DNA of 35,873 bases, taken from positions 13,428,642 through 13,464,514 of the forward strand of contig NC_069007.1 in assembly GCF_001194135.2 (NCBI RefSeq), read 5' to 3'. Made by a program: the position numbers and the translations under genes. The DNA is from Octopus bimaculoides (lineage: Eukaryota). A model generated the notes under the pieces. That model was given only the letters and a program-made list of their open reading frames with translations. It had not been told where the DNA came from and made no database searches. Of this stretch, positions 23,565 to 34,819 are shown piece by piece (the first letter of the stretch is position 1; every line of letters starts with the position of its first letter).

Positions 23565-24311
23565 TTGCAAAATTGGGCCATCTCTATTCACTAGTCTGGG
23601 TTACTTCTTTTTCAAATTTTCAAGCGTACAATCAATTTCCTGCCCATACGATGTTCCTGTTACCGTTTTACCTTGTTGCAAAAATGAATAATGACTCCCT
23701 TCGCAGATCACCATACAGTGACTACTAAGTTTTTAGGGTGCAATGGTGAGTTTGCGTAGTGCTTAGGTAACTCTCCTGCATCTAATCACTGTCCTGTTCT
23801 GTTGACAAAAAGCATCCATTTCTCATCACATGTAAAATTGGTCTTTTTCCAGTCGAGAAAGCAGTAAGGAGAACACTTCGAGGCGTCTGTTTTTTTGAAT
23901 CTCGTTCAGTTGATGTGGAACAAATCTATCTGTTTTCTTGACTTTTCCAATTTTTTGAAGGTGTACAAAAACAGTTGTGCAAGATGTTTGGAGTTGTGAT
24001 GAAAGTTTTCGAACCTTTGTTCTCGGATTTTGTTCAACCGAAGCATTTAATCCATGTCGAATAACTGATTTTGGCCTAACCCTTGGTTTATTTTCAAGGC
24101 TATCATCTCCTGAACGAGAGCTTTGGAACCATCTCTGAACAGTTCTGATGTCAATAAAACTATTACCAAAGGCCCGCTTAATATTCCGTAGGGCTTCTGC
24201 GGCAGAGTGACCCGGTTCGTACTCATACTCATACGAGAAAATCACTCAACATAGTTTGGATGTTATCAGTTTGATAAGGTCTGTGGGTACGAATTTTGTA
24301 TACCAATATTG
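23565..24311 (-). mobile_element. Mariner transposon relic (5' part of transposase)
   Basis: HTH region (GHSAAEALRNIKRAFG..TVQRWF), FVPHQL (WVPHEL), then after a frameshift TCDEKW, LHPKNLVVTVW*SAKGVI and PRLVNRDGPILQ. It ends before the HDNA motif. A putative TIR-like TATTGGTATACAAAATTCGTACCC lies at ~24286-24309. Confidence 0.9.
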
Positions 24312-25083
24312 TTGGGAAAGAAAAAGAGTCAAGNNNNNNNNNNNNNNNNNNNNNNNNNNNNNNNNNNNNNNNNNNNNNNNNNNNNNNNNNNNNNNNNNNN
24401 NNNNNNNNNNNNNNNNNNNNNNNNNNNNNNNNNNNNNNNNNNNNNNNNNNNNNNNNNNNNNNNNNNNNNNNNNNNNNNNNNNNNNNNNNNNNNNNNNNNN
24501 NNNNNNNNNNNNNNNNNNNNNNNNNNNNNNNNNNNNNNNNNNNNNNNNNNNNNNNNNNNNNNCATATTAGCTGGTGTACTTTGTAATTCCCGGGGGTTAA
24601 GATGTTCTATTGAAACGCCTTATTACTCTGATATAAGAAAGCAATTTCGTTATAACTGCCACAAAAGGTGTATTTTCGGTCATGGAAAATTACAAAAAAC
24701 TGTCAACTAGAGGAGGGAAAGGTTGTTGGAGGTTGGCAAAAGAGGTTTTCGGAGGTTGACGAGAGGCAAAGACATTATTCTGCTTAACGAAAGCATCTGG
24801 GAAATGTATAACTGCTGTCATTCACAGAAAAACTATTCTTTTACCGTAAGAAAAGCTCTGTTCAAGTGTTAAATGAAATTAAATGAAATTTGGCAATCGA
24901 GGATCGAATCCACGCTATGCCTGCATGAAGCCACTACATATACGTTGTGGAATAAAAAAAAATATCTACTGTCATGGAAAAAGTGTAACTGTAAAAATTC
25001 AGAATTATCGGAATAATGGGCATTCAAAAAATATATATATGTATAGAAATGTATGAATGAAGTCTTTAAGGTTTAAGATTCTT

Positions 25084-25114
<31 letters not shown>

Positions 25115-25140
25115 AGATAGACAAATAGATAGATAGACAG

Positions 25141-25353
25141 TTTTCAAATTTTGGCACAAGGCCAGCAAGTTCGGGGGGGAAGGGGTAAGTCGATTAGATC
25201 GACCCCAGTGTTTAACTGGTATCTATTTTATCGATCCCGGAAGAATGAAAGGCAAAGTCGACGTCGGCGGGATTTGAACGCAGAACGTGCAGACGGACGA
25301 AACGTTGCTAATCATTCAGTCCGGCATGCTAACGATTCTGCTTGCTCGGCGCC
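25141..25353 (-). mobile_element. tRNA-derived SINE family B
   Basis: Homologous to 12621-12829 along its whole length. Confidence 0.9.
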
Positions 25354-25384
25354 TTATATTTACACACACACACACACACACGAC

Positions 25385-25487
25385 ACAGTTGACCTCAGGC
25401 TATAATAGTGGACACTTGTGCAATGTGACACGAAGTGAGATTGAACCCGGAACCATGTGGTTCGGAAGCAAACTTCTCACAACACAC
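25385..25487 (-). mobile_element. SINE family A head fragment
   Basis: GATTGAACCCGGAACCATGTGGTTCGGAAGCAAACTTCTCAC is the reverse complement of the family head. Confidence 0.8.
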
Positions 25488-25535
25488 TCAACTCAAAACC
25501 GCGCCTTGTTACACATTTTTTTAATATAAGCTGGT

Positions 25536-25567
<32 letters not shown>

Positions 25568-25580
25568 TCATTGTAGAAGT

Positions 25581-25690
25581 AACGAGCTGGCAGAAACGTT
25601 AGCGCACCGGGCAAAATGCTTAGCGGTATTTAGTCTGTCGCAACGTTCTGAGTTCAAATTTCAGGCCTTGTGCCTTTAGTAGAAAGGAAT
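25581..25690 (+). mobile_element. SINE family B head, truncated or internally deleted
   Basis: ACGAGCTGGCAGAAACGTTAGC..CTGAGTTCAAATT. Confidence 0.8.
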
Positions 25691-25863
25691 ATTATATTTC
25701 AACTTTTGTATGTTATTTCCCTTCTTTTCAGCATATTCCATATATACTTACTTTTTTTTTTTGTTATTTTATCTTTTCACTATACGTAAACCCCCACACT
25801 TTATGTCTGTTTTGTATTGCCCCCCTCAGCCTTCGCTCAGGTGATATATAAATGAAACAATTA

Positions 25864-25918
<55 letters not shown>

Positions 25919-26574
25919 CGTGTCTATATTAAAACGCCCAATTATTTCCGAAATTATACAAACAACAAATGAAGTGTGTTGGCGTTGGGCTGGGGGATGG
26001 GTAAGTATCCAGCCGTAGTGCTCTTGAGACAAGATTTAACAAACTTGAAAAATTGAAAGTAATTTTAACGGAATTCGAAGAAAATATCTGAAAAAATTGC
26101 AAGGAGAACAACTGTACANNNNNNNNNNNNNNNNNNNNNNNNNNNNNNNNNNNNNNNNNNNNNNNNNNNNNNNNNNNNNNNNNNNNNNNNNNNNNNNNNN
26201 NNNNNNNNNNNNNNNNNNNNNNNNNNNNNNNNNNNNNNNNNNNNNNNNNNNNNNNNNNNNNNNNNNNNNNNNNNNNNNNNNNNNNNNNNNNNNNNNNNNN
26301 NNNNNNNNNNNNNNNNNNNNNNNNNNNNNNNNNNNNNNNNNNNNNNNNNNNNNNNNNNNNNNNNNNNNNNNNNNNNNNNNNNNNNNNNNNNNNNNNNCAA
26401 AGGAAACTTGTTGAAGTGATCAATTTTGTAGCTGACAGCTATTAGAAATATCTCTCTTTGTCTCTTGTCGACCAATGTAACACGTATTGAACCGAAAAAG
26501 ACACAGAACATTTAACATCATGTCCTCCCCGACAACATGTCTCCTCGTACAACAATCACAATAACAACAACACC

Positions 26575-26631
<57 letters not shown>

Positions 26632-27049
26632 TTTATCCGATAATTGTCACAAGGGCGACGGGTGAGGTGACATTTATAAAATATGTGATAAAACCATTTA
26701 GATGTTGTGTTTTACACGGTAAAAACTTAATCTCCTATCATCGGAAGCAGCATATTCAGCCATGTTGAAGTTAAAAACTCTATCTCTGTTAATTTATTAA
26801 CCGCTCACCCGTCGGGCTAAGCAGTGGGTGGAACTTCTTGTTAGAAATATTTTGAGATCTGTTGGTTGGTCAGAGTGATGACGTTGTCGTCGAAACGAGA
26901 ACGAACCAGTTGGTTTGTTTTGAAGGACCTTCGATTCGGGGACAATCGAGGATTATTTCCGGAAATGCTTGACCTGGCAGTGCCTGAGCATTGCGGACTC
27001 GTGGTGGTTTATTGCTGACTCGTGGTGGTTTATTGGACCGCTGTTCTCT

Positions 27050-27630
27050 TGTGAAGAACAACTCCGACTATCGGTAGAGTCAGTTGTATAGATCGCACTG
27101 CCAGCCACCTTTTTTAAATAAGCCAGAACAGACGGTGGTTTCTCTGTCTTGTGATTATAGCGAAAGAAGTTGAGTGGTGGATAACACTGAAAGGACTGCG
27201 AGCAGACACCTTCTTCTCCTGCCAAGCCCTCATCGATAGTTTTAGGTTCCACTTGAAAAGACAAGTGAAGGTGGAGAGAGGAGTGCCCTCAATCAGGGAA
27301 TTTGTGAAAAGGTGGGTGACTGGCACAAATGCTTAGGGTAAATGAACCTATTCTAAGCATGTGCCTGTAGATTGGAAAACAGTTGGGTGAGGGCTTGTAC
27401 CTTTGGTAATCAGATGATCTTGAACTTCTAGGTTTCATTGATTGGCTCTAACTGGAGTTTCTTCTGCATCAGGACTTCCTCTTAGATGTGTTCACATACT
27501 TTGCATACCATGTATACTTTCATTACTTTTCCTCTCCTCTGTTCATCCCATCTTTTATGTCAACTTCCACAAATTGTACACTGGCTATTTAATGTCCACC
27601 TCATCTGATCCCCCAGTGGCAAATAAAAGA
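27050..27630 (+). mobile_element. Tx1/L1-like LINE ORF2 C-terminus and 3'UTR
   Basis: Frameshifted reading RLSVESVV*IALP / FLCLVIIAKEVEWWITLKGLR..FHLKRQVKVER..FVKRW / AQMLRVNEPILSMCL* (27368-27370). AATAAA at 27622-27627 is followed by (ATT)n. Clade assignment is from recalled similarity. Confidence 0.55.
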
Positions 27631-27653
27631 ATTATTATTATTATCATTATTAC

Positions 27654-27699
<46 letters not shown>

Positions 27700-27997
27700 T
27701 GTGTTTTCACCAGTTATCCTCTTTTATTTTGATAATATCGCACGATTGAACAAGCAATAAAACACTAAGAGACTGATTCCTTTATGGAATCGAAGAGAAT
27801 GAAATGGAATGGAATCGCTCACTCCAAATCAGAACAAAACGATATGAGTATGTGTGCGTAAACACTCACACTCACACACACGCACACGTATATATACTCA
27901 TGTATACTTATGTATACATATATATGTTTGTATATGTGTATTTATCAATGTGTATGTATGTGTGTGTGTGTGTGTTTGTTTGTATGTATGTATATAT

Positions 27998-28239
27998 CTG
28001 TGCACACCTGTCAATGCCGTGTATGCCAAAAGGTCTGCAAATCTAAAGGGGGTCTTAAAAGACATTTTAAGATCCACAAAGATCAGAGCTTCACTGTAGC
28101 CCTTCGTCGTCCGAATCAGATATGCAATCTGTGTGAGTATCTTCTCAAAATGTTGCATAGTTTTAAAAGCCGCATCATGCCAGATCTCAGGTGTAAGTAC
28201 AAGAGGTGGTCAGATTGCATAACGAGTAGACAACCACCA
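27998..28239 (+). mobile_element. RTE-like LINE 3' end with C2H2 fingers
   Basis: CQCRVCQKVCKSKGGLKRHFKIH plus a degenerate second finger. The 3' end ATAACGAGTAGACAACCACCA resembles 31831-31850, and the flanks are TGTA-like. Confidence 0.7.
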
Positions 28240-28301
28240 TTTATGTATTTAAATATACACATCGTACACATGCATATACTCACATACATACATAACTAAA
28301 T

Positions 28302-28490
28302 GGTCGGGCTCTCCGTCGGTTGCGACGACGAGTGCTCCAGTAAATACGATCTGCCGAACAGCCCCTGCTCGTGGAATTAACTCCACAACCACGAGTATCC
28401 TTAATGTAGTTCTCATGCAGATTCAACACGACACAAACTGTGACAACGCCTGCCCTTTGAAATACAGATACTACTCATAAGTTTTGCTGA
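28302..28490 (-). mobile_element. SINE family C 3' part
   Basis: GGTCGGGCTCTCCGTCGGTTGCGACGACGAG..CCCTTTGAAATACAG; recalled as the tail of an octopus tRNA-SINE. Confidence 0.6.
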
Positions 28491-28572
28491 TCTTACCTTC
28501 ACCGAACAGTATACTATATATATATATCTCCTCCTTCTTAGCTCTCCTGTGTGACCCTTCTGCCCGGCATTC

Positions 28573-28762
28573 GCCATGATAGATCGCTAGCCACTACACA
28601 TTCTTTTTTTTCTCTCATTGTTTCTCTCCTTGTTCCTTTCTGTGCAAGAGCCTAGGCTCGAAACGTTAAAGACTTTTTCACTTTCCGAGCGTTATACTAA
28701 TACATCTGTTTGTTGTCTAAACTACCAGTCTTCGTTTTTTTTTTTTTTGTGAATTCTCCCTA
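28573..28762 (+). mobile_element. Second copy of the same Penelope/retrozyme-like repeat, decayed hammerhead motif (28636-28671)
   Basis: CTTT-CTGTGCA-A-GAGC-CTAG-GCTC-GAAAC-GTT-AAAG, followed by CCGAGCGT..ACTAATACA..GTCTTCGT as in the 20786-20980 copy. Confidence 0.55.
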
Positions 28763-29089
28763 CATACATACATACATACATATGTACATATATATATATT
28801 TATGCACCCCCACCCCCACCCCCACGCGTGCGCACACACATGAGCGAGTTGAAAACGAAAGAGTGCTCAAAACATTGAAGTGGAATTACGTATATTTAAA
28901 AACAAATTGACTCAGCTCTACATTACTTAAAGTTTCGCAGGCGTAAAACACATCATCTTCNNNNNNNNNNNNNNNNNNNNNNNNNNNNNNNNNNNNNNNN
29001 NNNNNNNNNNNNNNNNNNNNNNNNNNNNNNNNNNNNNNNNNNNNNNNNNNNNNNNTTTTAGCGCTGGGTATTTGTCGTCCTTATGCTTC

Positions 29090-29175
29090 AGTAGAAGACA
29101 TTTGGCCAAAATGCCATGCAATGGCACTGAACGCGACAACGCAATCTACGAAGCAAACTTGTTAACTTCGCATTC
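29090..29175 (-). mobile_element. Diverged SINE head
   Basis: AGTAGAAGACATTTGGCCAAAATGCCATGCAATGGCACTGAAC..GAAGCAAACTT resembles the reverse complement of the family A head. Confidence 0.55.
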
Positions 29176-29429
29176 ACTTTAACTTTGTTGTTGTTGTTTT
29201 TACTTTTACAGCTTTGCTACTGTGCTGTGAATATTAAATGTCTTTAAATATGTTTAAGTTTTACCACATTACAGACCAACCTTTATACACATTCAGTTTT
29301 ACCACATACAGACCAGCCTTTATACAAAGTTCGTCTTTCCCGTGCCTACAGGGTCACGAACGACCAGAGTTTATCGAGATTTTCGAAGTATTTGGACGGA
29401 GAGCACACGGATGTCTTCTCTGGGCACAA

Positions 29430-29600
29430 AACCAGTCCTGCTCAGGAGTAAAATCTAGGTACTGTTGGTACTCATTTCTAACTGAATGCACCGGGATAAG
29501 ATTAAAAAAAAGTCCATTACACGAAAAACAGATCACATTGCCCGGGAATCGAATCCACATCGTAAAAACCAACATCCTAAACATCGTAAAAAAACAACCA
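29430..29600 (-). mobile_element. Diverged SINE family C
   Basis: Reverse B box CCGGGAATCGAATCC with an adjacent AAAGT..ACAC block related to the 30872 copy. Confidence 0.5.
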
Positions 29601-30050
29601 CAACACACCGTCACTATGCAATATTCATGTAGATTTTATTGATTTTCTTTTTAACTATGAGATGTTTATTGTTGTAATCAAGGAGTGTGTGATCTCCATC
29701 ATAGCTTAACTAATGGACTCTTCTCACCACCGCTCCTGATCTCATTCTATCCTGCTATGTTCCAAATTAAGTACCCCACCCAATTATTCCTCCCCTCCAC
29801 CCTAAAATTTTCCTCCCTTGTAACTCATCTCTCTCTTTCTACATTTAGGCATCCCTTCCTCACACACCCAACAGTTTAGCTTGACCTACAAAAGGTCATG
29901 GTTGCTGGATTTCTTTCTACTACTCTTATATAGATTAAGTGTAAAATTACGTACATCTATACATACACGCATACATACACGCGCGCGCACACACACACAT
30001 AATTATATATATATATATGTATGCACTCATACATTCATAATTATATATGC

Positions 30051-30081
<31 letters not shown>

Positions 30082-30232
30082 CTACATTCATACATGATAT
30101 ACTAANNNNNNNNNNNNNNNNNNNNNNNNNNNNNNNNNNNNNNNNNNNNNNNNNNNNNNNNNNNNNNNNNNNNNNNNNNNNNNNNNNNNNNNNNNNNNNN
30201 NNNNNNNNNNNTACATTCATAATTATATATGC

Positions 30233-30263
<31 letters not shown>

Positions 30264-30871
30264 CTACATTCATACATGATATACTAACATATACATACAT
30301 ATACTTTTATATATATACACACACATATAAGTACCTACGTACTTATATAATACATAGATACACATATATTCGTACATGCATTCATTCATTCATACATACA
30401 TGCATACATACATACACAGAATCTATATGCAAACACATGCATATAGATACAGAAACACTTATGCATAAACACACACATACATACAGAATGATTACTGAGT
30501 CATTATAATGGAAAAATATTGTTGTGATTACAGGATTAGCGGTATATATATTTACAGAAGGGATTAGGGATTATCTATTAAAGTGTAACACACACACATC
30601 CACGCATACATACGTACATACATACACACATATACAAATATATATATGCATATAAATAAATACATTTATACACACGCATATATACATACACACACACATA
30701 CACATTTATGTATTTATACATATATATACACACATATATGTATACACGCACACGTACACACATGATGTATGTATGTTATGTATGTATGTATGCATATGTA
30801 TGGGTATATGTATATATTCATGCATACATACATACATACATACATACATATTTAGAAATCGACATAGCGGA

Positions 30872-31110
30872 AGTGCGTGATTTAGTGTATCGGCTGTTGC
30901 GCTCATAATCGTCAGATTGTGGTTTCGATTCTCGGATCGGGTGAAGCGTTGTGTCCTTGAACAAAACACTTCATTTTCACGTTGCTCCAGTCCACTCAAC
31001 TGACTAAAGTGAGTAATCCTGTGACTGACTGAAATCCTATCCAGGGGGAAATATATATACTACAGAATCCGGGAAACCATCCTTAGAAGTCTATGGCTCA
31101 GGATGGACCC
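30872..31110 (+). mobile_element. tRNA-derived SINE family C
   Basis: A-box-like TGATTTAGTG and B-box-like GGTTTCGATTCTC, then GCGTTGTGTCCTTGAACAAAACACTT..CCAGTCCACTCA. Confidence 0.8.
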
Positions 31111-31348
31111 AAAGTCCTTTTTTTATAAGTATATATAAAATATACATCTATAATGTATACGCTTTTGTATGTCGAATTTCTGGTGCATGTATGTATGTAT
31201 GTATGTACGTATGTATGCATGTATGTATGTATGTATGTATGTATGTATGTATGTATGTATGTATGAGTATTGGTGTATATAATATTGTATGTAAGTATGT
31301 GTATGTATGTATGTATGTATGTATGTATGTATGTATGTATGTATGTAT

Positions 31349-32225
31349 GTCATTATTCAGTTTATTTCAAGATTTCTTGCCAATAGAGAAAGAACAGGTT
31401 TCTAGCCTACATCCAAGGTTCCTTCATTGGAATTTTAACATCAACAACGTATGTATGTATGTATGTATGTATGTATGCATGACACTGACATGCAGTGTCT
31501 GTGCAAGACCCTGCCTCAGTAGAGCTGGACTCATGAGTCATCTTCGTAGTCATAAAGCAAGACCGATGATTGACCACCAGGCCGCTGGTGATGATGCTAC
31601 ACACCATATTAGTCATGTCTGTCGGGCATGTGGAAGGGAGTGTGATTCAGCAGGAGGACTTAAACGACACGCAATGGTACATGGAGCCCAATTACAACAA
31701 CATCCAGCTATTGCCAGTAAAGGTTTTGGTTGCCAACTCTGTGCAAGACATTGTGGATCTTTGGCTGGGCTAAAAAGTCACATTCGATCACAGCACCGAT
31801 AAGTTAAGCTTCGTGCAATGGCCATACTCGATAACGAGGGGCAGCCATCATGTATGTATGTATGTATGTATGTATGTATGTGCAGATTCATATGTTTTAT
31901 CTATGTATTCTCATGGTATTTAGGCAGTGAGTTACATATCCTAGGGCCCCAATAATTACAAGTATAAACTCAAACTTGTAATCTGGATAGAGTAACTGCA
32001 GATTCCTCAATAGTTCAGCATAGGTGTTCTCTTTTTCATTGATCTTCAGCTTTATGTTAACATCCGCTGGGCAGCTAATTTCCACAACTGTGCACAGTTT
32101 CTCTTCTCTTATCCCAAATCATTACATCAGGTCTGTTCTACTTACATTTTATTGAGGTTTTCACTGGTACATTCCTCCAGTATTCCTTTTCATTATGACT
32201 GGCTGTCTTCTAGCATATTGTGGAT
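31349..32225 (-). mobile_element. R4/Dong-type RLE retrotransposon 3' fragment ending in (TACA)n, with nested insertion
   Basis: SHNEKEYWRNVPVKTSIKCK*NRPDVMIWD / REEKLCTVVEISCPADVNIKLKINEKENTYAELLRNLQLLYPDYKFEFILVIIGALG, an RPD..D..E..K..Y RLE signature. The 3'UTR is split by 31479-31850. Confidence 0.85.
31479..31850 (+). mobile_element. RTE-like LINE 3' end with three intact C2H2 zinc fingers (ORF 31479-31802)
   Basis: CSVCARPCLSRAGLMSHLRSH, CRACGRECDSAGGLKRHAMVH and CQLCARHCGSLAGLKSHIRSQH*. There is a short 3'UTR and (TGTA)n on both sides. Confidence 0.8.
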
Positions 32226-32256
32226 TTTTATTTCTGTCTGTCTGTCTGTGTCTGTC

Positions 32257-32288
<32 letters not shown>

Positions 32289-32294
32289 TGTATG

Positions 32295-32325
<31 letters not shown>

Positions 32326-32679
32326 GTAAGTCAGTGTGTCTGTGTATGTGTGTATCTCTTTATAAGCCAGTATATCCTTCTGGGCCGTATACGTTTCTGT
32401 TTGTATCACTTCAGCTTCATAAATATATTTCCCATATAACTCACACAAACATATACACATTTCTACACACGTACATATACATTCATATACACACACATTT
32501 GTTTTTATGTTGATTTATATATATTAAAAGCAATTTAACATTAAACAGAAAAACTGCTCAATAGTCTTTAGTTGAATACATATTTATCAAACTTTTACAA
32601 GAACTAGCCTTTACCGGACAATCCGACTGAATCGTCGAAATCATTGTCATCCTTCTTGTAAAAATATTACATATGCATC

Positions 32680-32822
32680 CACGCAACTTAGCGATTCGGG
32701 AAAGAGACTGATAGAATAAATACCAGGCTTAGAAGATAAGTACTGGTGTCGATTCATCCGACTAAAATTTCGTGGTGGTACCCCAGAATGGCTGCAGTCT
32801 AATGGCTGGAACAAGTAACAGA
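32680..32822 (+). mobile_element. SINE family A 3' half
   Basis: AACTTAGCGATTCGGGAAAGAGACTGATAGAATAAATACC..CCCCAGAATGGCTGCAGTC..GAACAAGTAA. Confidence 0.85.
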
Positions 32823-32983
32823 TAACAGATATATACACAAACTTGTTATTAGTTCAAATATGCTTAAGACTTATTCGAACCCGTAAGAAAGGCATTCACA
32901 GTATTTTTTCATGGAGAAAATGTCTATCTGTAGACAAATAGGTGTAGATACACAGAGTCAACCCACAGCCTCACCTAACCTGA

Positions 32984-33031
32984 CTGTAGAATGAAAGCAT
33001 TTCGGAGTGGTTATCTCCTCTTCAGCTACAG
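32984..33031 (-). ncRNA. Type I hammerhead ribozyme motif, complete core
   Basis: Minus strand reads CTGTAG-CTGAAGA-GGAG-ATAACCA-CTCC-GAAA-TG-CTTT-CA-T-T-CTACAG. This gives a 6-bp stem I, CUGANGA, a 4-bp stem II closed by G10.1-C11.1, GAAA, a 3-bp stem III and an AUU triplet. Predicted cut is between 32990 and 32989. Confidence 0.75.
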
Positions 33032-33519
33032 AGCTCGGAAAGGGAAACGCTGCGAACTGACATAAAGGTTAGTATATTGCAAATTGCGCATTTGCCACTA
33101 ACTTCAAACTTGCAGAGATGAAAGTTATTTATTCCATGTCACGTTTAAATAAATCACAACATGCTACTAAGCTTACGCATGCGTATGTGTCATGGTTTAG
33201 TGATGTCTGTAAGCAAACATACGACAAAATATTGTCATATGCACGGTGTTGACTACCTTGACTTCAGCTGCATTTCAATAAGTTGCAACAGTTCTCGCCT
33301 GGTGATTGCAATGACGTGAAAGTCAAATCCTCAGTTTTACTAAATTATCTGCGTACACACTTGGTTATATGTATCGACAGTTCAACCAAAGCAACCACAT
33401 ATTTACAAACTCCGGAAACTCAGAAAGCCTTGTCACTTTGTTAGCGAGCAGCATGAACTCTCTCAACAAGAACTGAAATAAAACTCTAAGAAAAACGTAT
33501 ATACATACATACATATACG

Positions 33520-34050
33520 TGGTGTGTGTGTGTTCTGTGTTGGTTATGTGCTCGTGTGTGTGTGTTGGGCGTGTATGCGTTGTGTGTGTGTTGTGTGCAT
33601 GCGTGTGAGTATGTGTGTGTGTATATGTGTGTACACGGGTATGTACGTGTGTGCGTGCGTGTGTGTGCATGTGCGTGTTGTATGTGTGTGAGTGTGTATG
33701 CGTACGTGTGTGTGTGTGGGTTTGTACGTGTGTATATTGTGTGTTGTGTGTATGTGTGTGAGTATGTGTATGAGTGTTGAGTGTGTGTATACGGATGTGT
33801 GCAGGTGTGTGTGTGTGTGTGCATATGTGTGTGTGCGTGCGTGTGTGTGTTTGTGTGTGAGTGTTGTGTGTGTGCGCGTCTTTGTATGTGTTATGTGTGT
33901 GTGTGCGTACGTGTGTGGGGGGTGTGGGTTTGTACGTGTGTATATTGTGTGTTGTGTGCATGTGTGTATGTGTGTGAGTATTGTGTGTGCGCGGATATGT
34001 GCAGGTGTGTGTGTACATGTGTGTGTGTATGTGTGTGTGTGTGTGTGTGT
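33520..34050 (+). repeat. Long degenerate (GT)n tract with ~208-bp internal duplication
   Basis: The block GGGTTTGTACGTGTGTATATTGTGTGTTGTGTG recurs at 33718 and 33926. Confidence 0.85.
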
Positions 34051-34785
34051 AATAGAGGGAGGTTTAAGCGTATTGTTTCAATTAGATGAAATTTCCCAGA
34101 GCGCAATTTAAAAGAACTTACAGCTTTGAAGATTCGTGGAAAGTAATGATGGCGAACATTGGAAATCTTGTGTAGAAAATGACAATGAATAGCGGAATAT
34201 AATTTAGAAAACGGTTAATTTACGAAATAAGGGCTAAATAATACAAGAAAAGAAGAAAGAGCAAACGGATGGACCCTAAAGAGTAAATATGAAGAATTTA
34301 CGGTAATTGGAAACTGAGAAAAATCGATTTGCTAAGGGTTAGTAGCTGTCCGTCGATGAATACAGAAGTGAATTGGAATACGGCGAGAGGTAACCGTTGT
34401 GAGTGATTCACGTAAGAGAGAAAATCACACAAAATTAAGGGATATAATTAGGGATATAATCAATAAGATCTATCAGTAAATATATAATAGGGTTGATTAT
34501 AGTAGTAACTTAAGTTGAAAGTTTAGTGTTAAAGGATTATCAGAAGGTAAAAATAAAAGTATGGAGGAATAGGAAATGATTGGTCTTTTAAGATATTTTT
34601 TAAGGTGAGTTAGAATGAAGGTGATTTGTGCTGCTATTAAAAGGTGGTTGTTTATGAAATTATCGAGAGAGGAATATAAAAGGGACCGGGGTGGACGAGG
34701 GAGGGAAATTATAACGAATAGATATTCATAAAATAAAGGAATGGATAAGCAAACATACACAAGATACGATCTGTTTATCTATCCA

Positions 34786-34819
<34 letters not shown>

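Noticed and set aside
26996-27037. 21-bp tandem duplication
   Set aside because: Two units only, inside a decayed LINE region; a local slippage event, not a CRISPR-like array.
30030-30287. 76-bp direct repeat on both sides of an N-gap
   Set aside because: Near-identical sequence flanking a gap is typical of unmerged contig overlap.
33073-33460. Semi-open plus-strand frame next to the hammerhead
   Set aside because: It has internal stops and no RT, GIY-YIG or transposase motif that I can identify.
34050-34740. Purine-skewed unassigned block
   Set aside because: Possibly a repeat remnant, but no motif or open frame supports a call.
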